Source: a virus. From it: a DNA stretch of 64,000 bases. The translations under genes and the position numbers were made by a program. Positions within the stretch are counted from its first letter, which is position 1, and each line of letters begins with the position of its first letter. Below are positions 19,142 through 29,119 of this stretch, piece after piece. The stretch is from positions 1-64,000 of IMG/VR virus record IMGVR_UViG_3300032214_001486. The stretch is one strand, 5' to 3'. A model generated the notes under the pieces. The model made no database searches, was not told the origin of the DNA, and saw only the letters and a list, made by a program, of their open reading frames with translations.

Positions 19142-20803
19142 CAAGCCCCTGGCGCTCGCCGCCGGCCGACTGCTATCTGCGGCTGAATTTGAGCAGCTAC
19201 GGGCAAACTATAACGAGGCGCACGCGCAGACCTGCGCCCGCATGGACGAATGGGCCGCCGTTAGTGCCCAGGCCGCGGAGGCTTTTAGGCGGTACTCCGA
19301 GGCCGCGCAGGTCCGCGACGCATTGTTTGATCAGCTTGAAGCCGCGCGGGAAGCCTTGGCCTTGGCGGTCTACGCGGAACAGCAAAGAATGAGGAAAGGG
19401 CAAGATGACCAAGAACAATAAGCGGCGTGAATTTCTCCCCCTGGTCCCCCTCGACACCCCGGAACAATGGGTAGCGCAGGCGATCCGCCTTTACGGCTTG
19501 ACCTACAATTTCATGTTCTCCCCAACCCCATCTGAGTACCGGCGCCTGGAAAAGAGGCTCGCGCAGCTAAAAATGAGCACACCGGAACAATACAAGACGG
19601 GCGTTCACCTCATCGGGCCCGGCGCGGCCCACCTGGGAGAAGATATTTTTGTGGCCGATGGTGTATTGACGCACTATATCCACCTTGATTGTCCTCGATG
19701 CAACAAAGCCGGTCTTATCGCCCGCGACAAGACTCTGTTCGCGGAGGCGGAGACAAAACGCTGGTGTACGAAGTGCAATCAATTTGTGTCGCCGTGGCCG
19801 CGGTGGAAGCCGACAGTGACGCTTCTACCGTTGTCGGAGGAGGACCATGAGCCGAAGTGACCGGAGTAATCTTCTCTTAGCCCTCACGGGGCTTTTCTTC
19901 TTCGCCGTACTGATCATTCCGGTCGGGGCCCTGACCGTAGCGGTCTATTCTGTGTCGGGTTCTGCTGGCTCCGTATTCCTACTCATTGTTCTCGCGGCGT
20001 TCCTGTTCGCATGGGTTTGGGCGTGGAAGGCGCCGATCAAGGGGGTCTAAATGACATTGGATCTAAACACCGTCCGCTTTGGGCGGGGCCTGCACCGCAA
20101 GCGGACTGAAATTACCGGCGACAGAGATATGTGCATCATGGAGGCTGTGGCCCTTTTTGCGGGCGAACCTTGGAGTGATTACCCCGCGTGCGCTTCGCCG
20201 GTTATCTCTGCGTTTCTTCGCTCTTGGCAGGATGAATTGTCAGACGAGGAACGAGATCGCCTTCTGCCCGCGTCCGTGTGGGTTCCCCGTTTGATTGGGT
20301 CGGCAAAAACTATAGGCGTAGAGCGGCAGCGGGGTTACATGCTGGCGGATTGGTTAGCCCGCATCTATACGCAAGCGTGGCTGAACACTGATCCAAGGTA
20401 TGCAGACTTAGGCCGGACCTTGCCGAAGGTTACTGACGGGCCCACTTGGGACGAGGCCATCGCTGTTCTTAGTGAGGCTTATCGCCAGATCACCGCGGCA
20501 CCGCCCCCCAATTCTCTGCCCTTGCCTGTTAGCGCAAGGCAAGGAATTTGGGGTGTGTGGGGGCGCACCGGAGTCAAAGCGGTGAAAAGCACACTAAACC
20601 GCTATGAATACCTGGGCCCGTCCCCGCATACCTTAAACGTCCCTACCGATCTCCAAGTACCGTTCATGGCTGCTGCCCTTGTTCCGGCCCCGCCGACCCC
20701 GGAAATGCCCCTGCCCCTGCCGGTTATCCCCGATCAGCTACTCCGGCCGTTGCAGGATAGTGTGCTCAACCTTCTGGATCGACTGCTGAACGTGCAGGAT
20801 TGA
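19128..20803 (+). CDS. Four hypothetical genes (19128-19421 coiled coil; 19405-19860 with two CxxC; 19847-20050 two-TM membrane protein; 20051-20803)
   Basis: Coupled ORFs; motifs read from translations. Confidence 0.6.
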
Positions 20804-20854
20804 CAACCGGCAACTCACGGGTTAGGGGTTTGTACTCCCACCACGAGGCCGTCT

Positions 20855-21403
20855 ATGGGGAATAATAAAATCCAAGTGTGCGATCAGGTTACCAACGCTG
20901 AATATCGGCGGTTCCGACCGGGCCATGTGTTCCCTTCGCACCACGAAAACAAGCCCGTGGTCAACGTCACTTACAACGACGCGATGGCCTATGCTCAATG
21001 GCTTTCCCGGTCCACCGGGGAGCAATACCGGCTGATCACTGAGTCTGAGCGGTTGGAGGCTGAGTCTACTTTTGTCGCTGATTTCTCAAAGCACCCGCTA
21101 CCTGAGATGCCCGACGTGGGCGCGTTTGGGCACAACGCCGAGGGGGTAACCGGGCTGCTCGGGGTCACCTACGATTGGTGCCTGGACCCGGAGGATATGC
21201 ACAAGGTACTTGCCGGATGGGCCGCCCTCCCGGCCCCGGCCCCGGCCCCGCAGCCCGCCGCAGCCCCGCAGCCGGCCGCGGGCTTTGCGGGCCCGTCCCT
21301 TATGTCCACTCTGCTTCGCTTGCGGGCTGAGCAGTCTAAGCTGACCGAGGAAATCGCCGCCATTGAAGCCGCGCAGGCTATTTGGGCAAAGTACAATGGT
21401 TAA
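20855..21403 (+). CDS. FGE-sulfatase (SUMF1/C-type lectin fold) domain lacking its C-terminal segment, plus PA linker and coiled coil
   Basis: VTNAEY, PVVNVTYNDAMAYAQWLS, YRLITESE, GLLGVTYDWC; no RGG(S)W or GFRLVR. Confidence 0.8.
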   Translation: MGNNKIQVCDQVTNAEYRRFRPGHVFPSHHENKPVVNVTYNDAMAYAQWLSRSTGEQYRLITESERLEAESTFVADFSKHPLPEMPDVGAFGHNAEGVTGLLGVTYDWCLDPEDMHKVLAGWAALPAPAPAPQPAAAPQPAAGFAGPSLMSTLLRLRAEQSKLTEEIAAIEAAQAIWAKYNG

Positions 21404-21680
21404 ACTTTGGCGAGTCCGTCGGGGCGGTGACGCGCTCAGTAACTTAATTGGCCGCCATCGCGGTTACTCAGAACCCACCGAGTGCAATTCGTGTACGGGT
21501 ATCCGTCTGGTCCGAAACAAAAAGACGAACAAGGGGAAAGCAGAGAAGGTAAAGCAACGCCCCAGCCGCGGTGGAGATTGGGTTAGCATGGATGCGAGCG
21601 TTGTTTACGGCCGCAGCTTGGAGGACGGGGCCTATGGGCTGCTGGGTATCCGGCTGGTCCGCGTTCTCCCCGACCCGTGA
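21396..21680 (+). CDS. Small protein made of two FGE C-terminal segments (RGG...GIRLVR x2)
   Basis: ATG overlaps the upstream stop (ATGGTTAA); RVRRGG..GIRLVR and RPSRGGDW..GIRLVR. Confidence 0.7.
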   Translation: MVKLWRVRRGGDALSNLIGRHRGYSEPTECNSCTGIRLVRNKKTNKGKAEKVKQRPSRGGDWVSMDASVVYGRSLEDGAYGLLGIRLVRVLPDP

Positions 21681-21689
21681 GCACGGCCC

Positions 21690-22283
21690 ATGAGCACAAT
21701 GTATCGGCACCATCGCGGGGGATACTACGCGAGTAGCCCTGAGATACAGCGGCACGCCGGCCGGAATTATAGCTCTCCTACCTACCGTTGGCCTAACTTG
21801 GGTATCCGGCTGGTCCGCGTTGTACCCGAACCCCAGGAAAACAAAATGACAATGAATACCGACACCACCACCGACACCACCACCGACACCACCACCGACA
21901 CCGACGCCGACCAAAACCCCTTTGTGTTTCAAGTCCCGGCCTGGGCTAACCGGAAAATGGGTGACCTGTCCGCAGCCGACGTGCTTGCGCGGGCGCAGGC
22001 CCTCGCCAGTTCTTACTACCCTCTCGCCACGCAGACGGGTATTCACTCCATGATCGAATGGTGTGGGGTCATGGGCGAGTACGTCAATATGCTGGGTGAC
22101 GCCCACAAATACCACGGCATTGACCCTCGGAGCGTTGATCAACACTCGGGGGAGGCGGTCCCGGCCCAGCCTTTCCAGATTGAGTACATCTGCGAAAAGC
22201 TGGGATGCCAGCTAAAACCCTTCATCCGGGCCAACAAGGACGTGTGGCGCCGGGCGATCAACCGTTGGTTTGAGGACAAATAG
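21690..22283 (+). CDS. Third FGE C-terminal segment fused in frame to a DTTT-repeat hypothetical protein (internal start 21846)
   Basis: RHHRGG..GIRLVR; AGGA RBS plus ATG at 21846; 12-bp GACACCACCACC repeats. Confidence 0.65.
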   Translation: MSTMYRHHRGGYYASSPEIQRHAGRNYSSPTYRWPNLGIRLVRVVPEPQENKMTMNTDTTTDTTTDTTTDTDADQNPFVFQVPAWANRKMGDLSAADVLARAQALASSYYPLATQTGIHSMIEWCGVMGEYVNMLGDAHKYHGIDPRSVDQHSGEAVPAQPFQIEYICEKLGCQLKPFIRANKDVWRRAINRWFEDK

Positions 22284-22284
22284 C

Positions 22285-24185
22285 ATGAGCACGACCGATT
22301 TAATCCATCGGTCCCCGTCTGCCGTGGTCCCCCAGGCGACCCCAGGAGAGGTATTAGACATACCGGGAGGGCCGACCTGGGAGGATGCTTTTCGCCTACT
22401 TGCTCGTCTAACGTGTGTGGGCCCCGTTTCGTCACGACAGGTAGAGCGTTGGGTCAGGGCCATGCGGGAACGCAACCCCGCGGCGGCCGACGTGATTATG
22501 GAAACCTTTAATACGCATAGAACCCAATGGGATCAAGATATGATGGGCTGATAGGCCCACCGGGGGGGAACATGAGCGATAAACAGGAAGTAAGGGCCCT
22601 GCTGGCCCAAGTGTCCCAATTGTGTACGGTGTATATGGAAGCCGGCGGAGATCCGGGCCTATTGGCGGACGGGCTGCGCGAGCAGGCGGATACTCTCTGC
22701 GGACAAGGGAAGGTCACGCCCGAGGCTGTGGCGCATTTTGGTGTCGTCCTCACGGGGCCGGATGCCTTGGTACGGGCAAAGGAATTGGTGGCGCGCGGGG
22801 ATCACCTTCTCGTCAGGGTAACGGACGAACGCGGTTATCTCTACGAGGTCCGGCGCTACGCCGATGGTGTCGTTTGCCGCCGTACTTCACCCCTAAAGGT
22901 GGGGGACCGGGTGCGCTACACCCAATACGGAGGGGCCACGGTCGAAGGTTGGGTGACTCACGTTACGCTCATGCCCCCCATCACGGAGCGGGAGGGCGAG
23001 TTAGCCTATCGGCTACACCTGAGCGCCGAAAACAAGGCAAAGGTGGGTCATCCGGTCACAATCCCGCATAGCCGGGTTGAGCTAATCTGGCCCGAGAAAG
23101 CCATCGAAGCGACGGCTTTTGTCTCGCTGCATGACGGGAAGCGCCTGGGCTGGAAAATCGTTCGCGGCGATCTTCGGGTTTGGTTCTCTTACAATCGTTA
23201 TTGTGGCGTCGGGGAGCAGCGGCCCCCCAGCGGGGAAGTCGAGATCCAGCGGCGGACGTTCGATAATTGGGAGGAAGCGGAGGTTTGGTGCGCGAGCTTC
23301 CCGGCGCACCCGGCTGAGGGGGGCTCGCCCCCAAAAGTAAGCCCAACCTACTATCCGGGCCAAATTTGGCCTTCGCAGCACAACCCCGTCGCGCCGGAAG
23401 GGGAAGCACCGGAAGGGGAAGCGCCGGAAGCGGAAGCAACATGAGCCGTCAGCGCCGGAATGTCGTTTGTACGGCCTGTGGCCGCCGCGGGCGGGTGTCA
23501 GACCCCACCAATACGGGCGGGCGGCCCCCCTGCTGCGGTGTGTGGGCCGACGCCGCGGCTGCTGCCCGGTGTGCCGCTTGCGGCGGCCCCGTGACGTTGG
23601 AAGGCCCCAGGCAGCCCCGCATCCCCCAACCCGCCGCTACTCCGAGGATTGACCGTGACCTTAAAGCCCCTTAATGTGCCCCCGCCCTACACCTTGACGG
23701 ACGCCGCCGGCAGTCCTCCGGCCTTGGTCCTTGCGACTCTCGTCCTTGACGGTACGCCAAAGGATTTACCAATAGTGCCTGTCATCGTGGCCCATGTGGT
23801 GAATTGCTTTGAGCGTCCGGGTGAACAGGCGCCGCCCAACGGCCCGATCACGATCACCGAGCGGGGGCGCGGCCTGCTTGATATGGCCTGTACCATTTAT
23901 GCTGAACCGGCCCTTGGTGCGCCCGACGAGGATCGTAGACGGGCACGCGCTTTTGTTCTTTTCCGGCGGGAATGGGCGAGCTACCTGTACGCCCTGCTTT
24001 CCCAGGCAGCCCAGGCAGCCCCGGCAGCCCAGGCAGCCCCCGAAGCCAAGGCAGCCCCCGAAACGATTGTATGCCCGGTCGCCAAAGCGAACGGTTACGG
24101 TAGGCTTATCGAGATCGACGCCCTGTTTTTGTTGGAGAATGACTATTTTGTGTTGCCTCGGGAATATCAAACGGGTCGTGGATGA
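22285..24185 (+). CDS. Four hypothetical genes (22285-22551, 22572-23444, 23441-23674 Cys-rich, 23649-24185)
   Basis: Tandem coupled ORFs. Confidence 0.55.
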
Positions 24186-24204
24186 CCCAAAGGAGTGAAG
24201 TGAC

Positions 24205-24774
24205 ATGACTGTAGAGCACCGCACCGCTACTCATTCTGCGGACACGGCCGCCCCGCCCGCCGCGACCACCAGCACCGGCCTCGCCGCGTCCAACCTTGGG
24301 CGTACATGGAGCCCCTTCAACCTGATCCCCGATCAGCTTGGTGCCCCCTTTAAGGCGGAGAGCCGCCGCGACGGCGAGGAACCCGACACCCTGGAAAGGT
24401 TCACCGTCTGGATTGGCGACGACCCGCGCGATGACCCGCACACGCACCCGTGGCCTTTCACCACCACCATCCTGACCGGCGGCTACACCGAGCGCCGCTA
24501 CCGCAAGGGCCCCGATGGCGAGTGGCGCGAGATCGGCGTGTATGTCCACCGGAAGGGGGCTGTGGTCGAAGTACCCGCAGGCGACGCCCATGTGGTCTAT
24601 GACGTGCTCCCCGGCACGACCACGCATATGAAAATCGGCAAGCTGACAGCAGGCTCGCGGGATTGGGGTCACTTGGTTCAGGCCGACTCGTCGGGCGAAT
24701 TGACCTACGTTCCGAATGAGTCCGACCCCTCGTTTCTCGGCCGCCTGCAAGCTCTGAACATCCGGCCAACCTAA
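24205..24774 (+). CDS. Cupin-like (double-stranded beta-helix) protein
   Basis: PHTHPWPF..ILTGGYTE...H metal-binding pattern. Confidence 0.65.
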   Translation: MTVEHRTATHSADTAAPPAATTSTGLAASNLGRTWSPFNLIPDQLGAPFKAESRRDGEEPDTLERFTVWIGDDPRDDPHTHPWPFTTTILTGGYTERRYRKGPDGEWREIGVYVHRKGAVVEVPAGDAHVVYDVLPGTTTHMKIGKLTAGSRDWGHLVQADSSGELTYVPNESDPSFLGRLQALNIRPT

Positions 24775-24894
24775 GCTGACTTGGGCCAACCTTGTCGATT
24801 GACAAACTAACCGTAGCCGGTTAGACCTGGGCGCCAGCGGTACTCCCGCTGGCGCTCGACTTTTTCAGCTATTTCCAAACAAAATGGAACGATA

Positions 24895-25392
24895 ATGACC
24901 GATCCGATGGACGCCCCGGCGGCCCAGGCCGCCTCTGCTGCTCAGCCCGACCCGGCGGCCCAGGCCGCCCCTGCTGCTCAGCCCGACCTTACCCCCCTGC
25001 ATGTTTTGGTACGCATTTATGTCGAGGGGGACGTGACCATACGAGCCGAGGACGACGGGGTTGGCTTCAATGAGTATCAAGGGATTGTGGGCTTTGACTC
25101 CGATCCCTACTATTCCGTCAAGTTCACCGGGGAGAAGGCTGAAACCTTTGTGTGGACTGAGCGCGTAGCCGCAGCGCACATGAAAGATATGGACGAATTT
25201 GTGGAGTACGCCGAAGCCTGGGAAGATGAAGTCGTAATTCAGGCCCCGGACGACTCCAATGCTGCTTTCCCTGTGTCTATTCAGCCCGGCAGCCTCCGCG
25301 TTGTGCAGAAGGTGGTTGATCCTTCCGAGCACGACTCCGACCACTTCTTCGTGACCTTTTCCGCCACCATCACCGTACAGGTCAAGGATTAA
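24895..25392 (+). CDS. Acidic hypothetical protein
   Basis: ORF after the promoter at 24799. Confidence 0.65.
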   Translation: MTDPMDAPAAQAASAAQPDPAAQAAPAAQPDLTPLHVLVRIYVEGDVTIRAEDDGVGFNEYQGIVGFDSDPYYSVKFTGEKAETFVWTERVAAAHMKDMDEFVEYAEAWEDEVVIQAPDDSNAAFPVSIQPGSLRVVQKVVDPSEHDSDHFFVTFSATITVQVKD

Positions 25393-25395
25393 GCC

Positions 25396-25713
25396 GTGAG
25401 CTACAGTATCATTTACGCTGATCCTCCCTGGGACTACAAGGGGCAAAAGCAGCACGGCGGCGAGGGGTCCGAGGATACCGGCGGGGCTGAGGTTCACTAC
25501 CCCACCGTCACCTTAGACCGGCTCAAACGGTTGCAAGTGAAGGCGGTCTGCGCGCCGGGGGAGCACAGCGCGAAACCCGAGGAAGTACGGACCCGCATCG
25601 AGCAGATGTTTCCCACGCAACGCAAGCTGGAATTGTTCGCCCGCAAACCCAGCCCCGGTTGGGACGTGTGGGGTAACGAAGTCGAGTCAAACGTCCTTAT
25701 CCCCTGGGGGTGA
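25396..25713 (+). pseudogene. MT-A70 methyltransferase with an in-frame internal deletion
   Basis: IYADPPW N-terminus joined directly to HSAKP...LELFAR...WGNE; the centre seen in 39075-39638 is absent. Confidence 0.7.
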
Positions 25714-25857
25714 TGGGTATGCCTGCCTATGTAGAGACTTGTCTGGTGTGTGGTCGGCGCTTTAACGCTTATGGGGAGAGCTACCACACGGCCTTGTTTT
25801 GTTCTGTGGGTTGTGCTGGCGATGCTGGCGAATGTGTTGACGCAAAGGGGGGTCAAG

Positions 25858-26415
25858 ATGGCAGCCCGACGAGCGCGGTGGGCCCTTCCGGCCCTTCCCA
25901 GGAAAGCCCGGCTGTTGGCGGAGGAGCTTCACGCAGGGCAGAGGTACGGCCGCGATACAAAGTTTAGTCATGTGCGGGCGGTTCACGACCTAATCGAGCT
26001 TTACTTCCCCGACGATACGGAGCTTCAATGCGCTGCTTTTTTGCATGACGCCGTTGAGGATGCCCCGCCGGGTGTAGACGCGCGGCAGATGATCAGGGCT
26101 CGTTGTGGCCCTGGAGTCTTGGCTCTGGTCGAAGCGGTGTCGGACAAACTGGGGGCTACGCGGGCGGAAAGGAAGGAAGGTACACTGGAGAAAATCGCCG
26201 CTGCTGGTTGGAGGGCCGTGGCGATCAAGCTGGCAGATCGCCTATGTAACACCCGGTATTCCGCTCGCGGAACGGGCACAAAGGACGCAAAGAAGCTGGC
26301 GATGTATCAAAAAGAGTACCCTGAATTTCGCTCTGTTTTGTTCCCTGCCTCTGAGGATAACCCGCAGCTTGTCCCTTTGTGGCGGGCTTTGGATAGGGAG
26401 AGCCAACGGGCTTGA
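25858..26415 (+). CDS. HD-domain small alarmone hydrolase (Mesh1/SpoT-HD-like)
   Basis: HAGQRY, H..V, AAFLHDAVED, IKLADRLCN. Confidence 0.85.
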   Translation: MAARRARWALPALPRKARLLAEELHAGQRYGRDTKFSHVRAVHDLIELYFPDDTELQCAAFLHDAVEDAPPGVDARQMIRARCGPGVLALVEAVSDKLGATRAERKEGTLEKIAAAGWRAVAIKLADRLCNTRYSARGTGTKDAKKLAMYQKEYPEFRSVLFPASEDNPQLVPLWRALDRESQRA

Positions 26416-26469
26416 CTTCGGCCCTTGACGCTCGGCAAAGAACAGGTTAGGGCAAACGAGTGAGGTACA

Positions 26470-27405
26470 ATGTCCAACACACCAGCAAACGCCCAGGCCG
26501 CCGCTGCTGGCTCTCCGGCGGCTGCCGCTGCCGGGACGCCCCCAGCCAACACCCACACCGCCCCGTTTGTCGTCATCTACGGCAAATCGGGCTTTGGCAA
26601 AACTTCTGATGTGGGGGCTGCCTACCCAGGCGCCTTGTATATCGCAAGTGAGGGCGCGGTTTCTTCCATCCAGTCGTGGTACGGTGTCTCGGTTGCGAGA
26701 ACGCAGGTGCCGACCCTGATGGAGCTAAACAAGAACTTCCCGAATTGGATCAAGACCGGGAAGTACACCGCGCTCGTCATCGACGAATTCGATTTCCTCG
26801 CAGAAGAAACGATGGCCGCGCTTGAAAAGCGCGTGACCGGGTTTAAGCTCTTTGGGGCTTTGCGGAACGAAGTCGCCCTCACGGCGCGGATTGCGCGGGA
26901 CGCAAGCCTGCCGGTGATCTTGACCTCGTTGGAGAAGCCGCCCAAGATCAAAGAGGACGGCACGAAAACCCTGGGAGGCCCCAGCCTCACGGGTGACCTA
27001 CCCGAGAAGCTGCCCGGCATGGCCGATATTGTGCTCCGGGCCATTAAAGACCCCCTACGCAAGCCTTGGCCGGTCATTTACACACCGGACGGCGGCATGG
27101 ATTATGTGGGCAAGGATCGGTATTCCATCGTACCTACTCCGAGCCCGATGAACCTGGGGGAGATCCTTCGCCTCCGATTTAACGTCCCCCGCATACACCC
27201 GTGGCAGGAAGAACGGGTTGTGGAGCTACACACCGCACTAATCCAAGGAGATCCAAAAGATGACGTTGCCGTAATTACTGCATACTATCCCTACCTTTTG
27301 TCCCTCGGAATTCCGGCGCAAGCCGCCCGCTGGACTGTTCGTGATGGCTGGGACCGGACTCTGCTCGCGCGTGCAAAGCGAGCAAAAGAGGCCAGCTACT
27401 TCTAA
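26470..27405 (+). CDS. AAA_24-type P-loop ATPase (Sak4-like recombination protein)
   Basis: IYGKSGFGKTS, LVID, ADIV, KDR; next to an SSB-like gene. Confidence 0.75.
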   Translation: MSNTPANAQAAAAGSPAAAAAGTPPANTHTAPFVVIYGKSGFGKTSDVGAAYPGALYIASEGAVSSIQSWYGVSVARTQVPTLMELNKNFPNWIKTGKYTALVIDEFDFLAEETMAALEKRVTGFKLFGALRNEVALTARIARDASLPVILTSLEKPPKIKEDGTKTLGGPSLTGDLPEKLPGMADIVLRAIKDPLRKPWPVIYTPDGGMDYVGKDRYSIVPTPSPMNLGEILRLRFNVPRIHPWQEERVVELHTALIQGDPKDDVAVITAYYPYLLSLGIPAQAARWTVRDGWDRTLLARAKRAKEASYF

Positions 27406-27495
27406 GCGCACACTGAGCGCACACTGTCTGTCTCGTTTCCCCTGGCCGCAAGGCCGCATAGCCGGGCTTAGGCCCACAATCCGTAGGAGAACACA

Positions 27496-28266
27496 ATGGG
27501 TATCGGCTTTTTCAATTTCAGCGATATTGATCCCGCTAAGGTCGGCGATGGCACCGGCTCTGCCGTGGCGGACGGCTTTTACGTCGGTCGCCTCGTGTCC
27601 GCGCTGATCAAGCCCGCCAAGACGGGTACTCCGCAGTTGGAAGCGAAGGTCGCCGTCGTCGGCGGTGTCTCGGACGGCGCGGAGCGCACCGGCTGGCAGA
27701 CCCTCCCGACCGAGGGCATGGACGCGCAGAAGCGGCAGAACCTCCGCAACATTTGGGTGCGGATTTTCCAGAGCTTCGGCTTCACCCCCGAGGAGATCAA
27801 GAATTTCGGGGATCAGGTCACCGCCGAGAATATCCCGGCGGTGCTCATGGCGAAGGGCGGCCAGTGTTTCTTCCAATGGGAGAACGGTAACAAGGACTTG
27901 CAGGAGAAGGCCAACCTCAGCTTCGTCACCCAGGCGAAGTACCAGAAGGAGCAGGAGGCCGCCGCTGCTGCCGCCACGGCGCGGGTCGGTGCCCCCTCGG
28001 CGATCCCCGGCGTGTCCGTGATCGCTCCGGGCGCTGGCGCGGCCCCGGTCGTTCCCGGTATGCCGGCACCCGGCGCGGCCATGTTCGCGGCGGCCCCCGC
28101 TGCCCCCGCTGCCCCCGTCATGGCTCCGACCGCGCCGGCCGCCGGTTTCCCCTTCCCCGGCGCCGCGCCGGCCGCCGCCCCGGCCGCTGGCTTCCCCTTC
28201 CCCGGCGCCGCGCCGGCCGCTGGGGCGCCGAACCCGGTACTGGCCGCGATGGGTATTCGTCAGTGA
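27496..28266 (+). CDS. Putative phage ssDNA-binding protein with a Pro/Ala-rich tail
   Basis: DGFY...K.G..QLE OB-like N-terminus; position after the ATPase; AAGFPFPGAAP x2. Confidence 0.55.
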   Translation: MGIGFFNFSDIDPAKVGDGTGSAVADGFYVGRLVSALIKPAKTGTPQLEAKVAVVGGVSDGAERTGWQTLPTEGMDAQKRQNLRNIWVRIFQSFGFTPEEIKNFGDQVTAENIPAVLMAKGGQCFFQWENGNKDLQEKANLSFVTQAKYQKEQEAAAAAATARVGAPSAIPGVSVIAPGAGAAPVVPGMPAPGAAMFAAAPAAPAAPVMAPTAPAAGFPFPGAAPAAAPAAGFPFPGAAPAAGAPNPVLAAMGIRQ

Positions 28267-28305
28267 CAGCCCACGGGTAGGCTCGGCCTGCCCTGCTGCC
28301 CCGCA

Positions 28306-28340
28306 GCCCCGCAACCCCCACGGGTTGCGGGGTTTGTTTT
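28306..28340 (+). terminator. Rho-independent terminator
   Basis: CCCCGCAACCC/GGGTTGCGGGG plus TTTGTTTT. Confidence 0.8.
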
Positions 28341-28393
28341 AGTGTGAGCCCCCTATCGCGGGTGAGCCGCGGGTCGCGGGTCGCAGGCCGCCC

Positions 28394-28600
28394 TTATTCG
28401 CCGGACAGCAGGGCTTCGATATTCTCCACAGCCTCGGACAGCAAATCGTACATATCCAGCAAAATCTCGGGGTTTCGTCCTTTTGTGTTTGCTCCGACAA
28501 TAGCAGCTTTGATCCGTTCCAAGTGAGCATCCACGCTCGCCATGAACGGCGATACCGCGTCATTCGACGGCGAGCCGTTTACTGAGTCATTCGTTTGCAT
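28394..28600 (-). CDS. Small hypothetical protein
   Basis: GGAGG RBS and a promoter-like TTGCAA..TAAGCT upstream. Confidence 0.6.
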   Translation of the reverse strand: MQTNDSVNGSPSNDAVSPFMASVDAHLERIKAAIVGANTKGRNPEILLDMYDLLSEAVENIEALLSGE

Positions 28601-28915
28601 TACAACCTCCCTGGGTCCGCAAAGGCCCAGCGGGGGAGCTTAACCTGTTTTCTGAAACTTGCAACCGGGCGCCAAAGCGTAGGTCCATCCCCGCAAAGTG
28701 CCGACAGGTTGCGCTTGACACCGCATCAAAACGGGTTAGTACCCCAGCGTCAGTGAGGGCCGTCGCGGGCCGCCGCAGGTCGGCGCGGGCCGCCGCCCTT
28801 GTGGGGGTTCATCGTGCGTTTACGGGCGGTCTATGCTTTCGTGCCCCCCGTTAACCCCTATGGGCGCGCATGGGGCGCGAACGGGCAGCACTACAATAGC
28901 AGCCCCCAGCCGACC

Positions 28916-29119
28916 ATGACGATCACGCAATATGTGTCCCTCTCTGGGTACACAGAACAAAGAATTCGTGATCTCGGTCTGCACGGGACTTCCCTTGTTT
29001 GGGGCCACGTCGTCGAGGTCCAAGAAACAGAAGCCATTTTTATCACTACTCTCGGTCAATTAGAGCGCGTTCCTCTCCAGTACCTTGTCCTAATCGACTT
29101 CATTGAGCCGACCGTGTGA
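28916..29119 (+). CDS. Small hypothetical protein
   Basis: ORF overlapping the next start. Confidence 0.5.
   Translation: MTITQYVSLSGYTEQRIRDLGLHGTSLVWGHVVEVQETEAIFITTLGQLERVPLQYLVLIDFIEPTV

Noticed and set aside
20855-21845. Classical diversity-generating retroelement
   Set aside because: No reverse transcriptase or Avd in the window, and the cassettes differ at all base types and in length rather than only at adenines.
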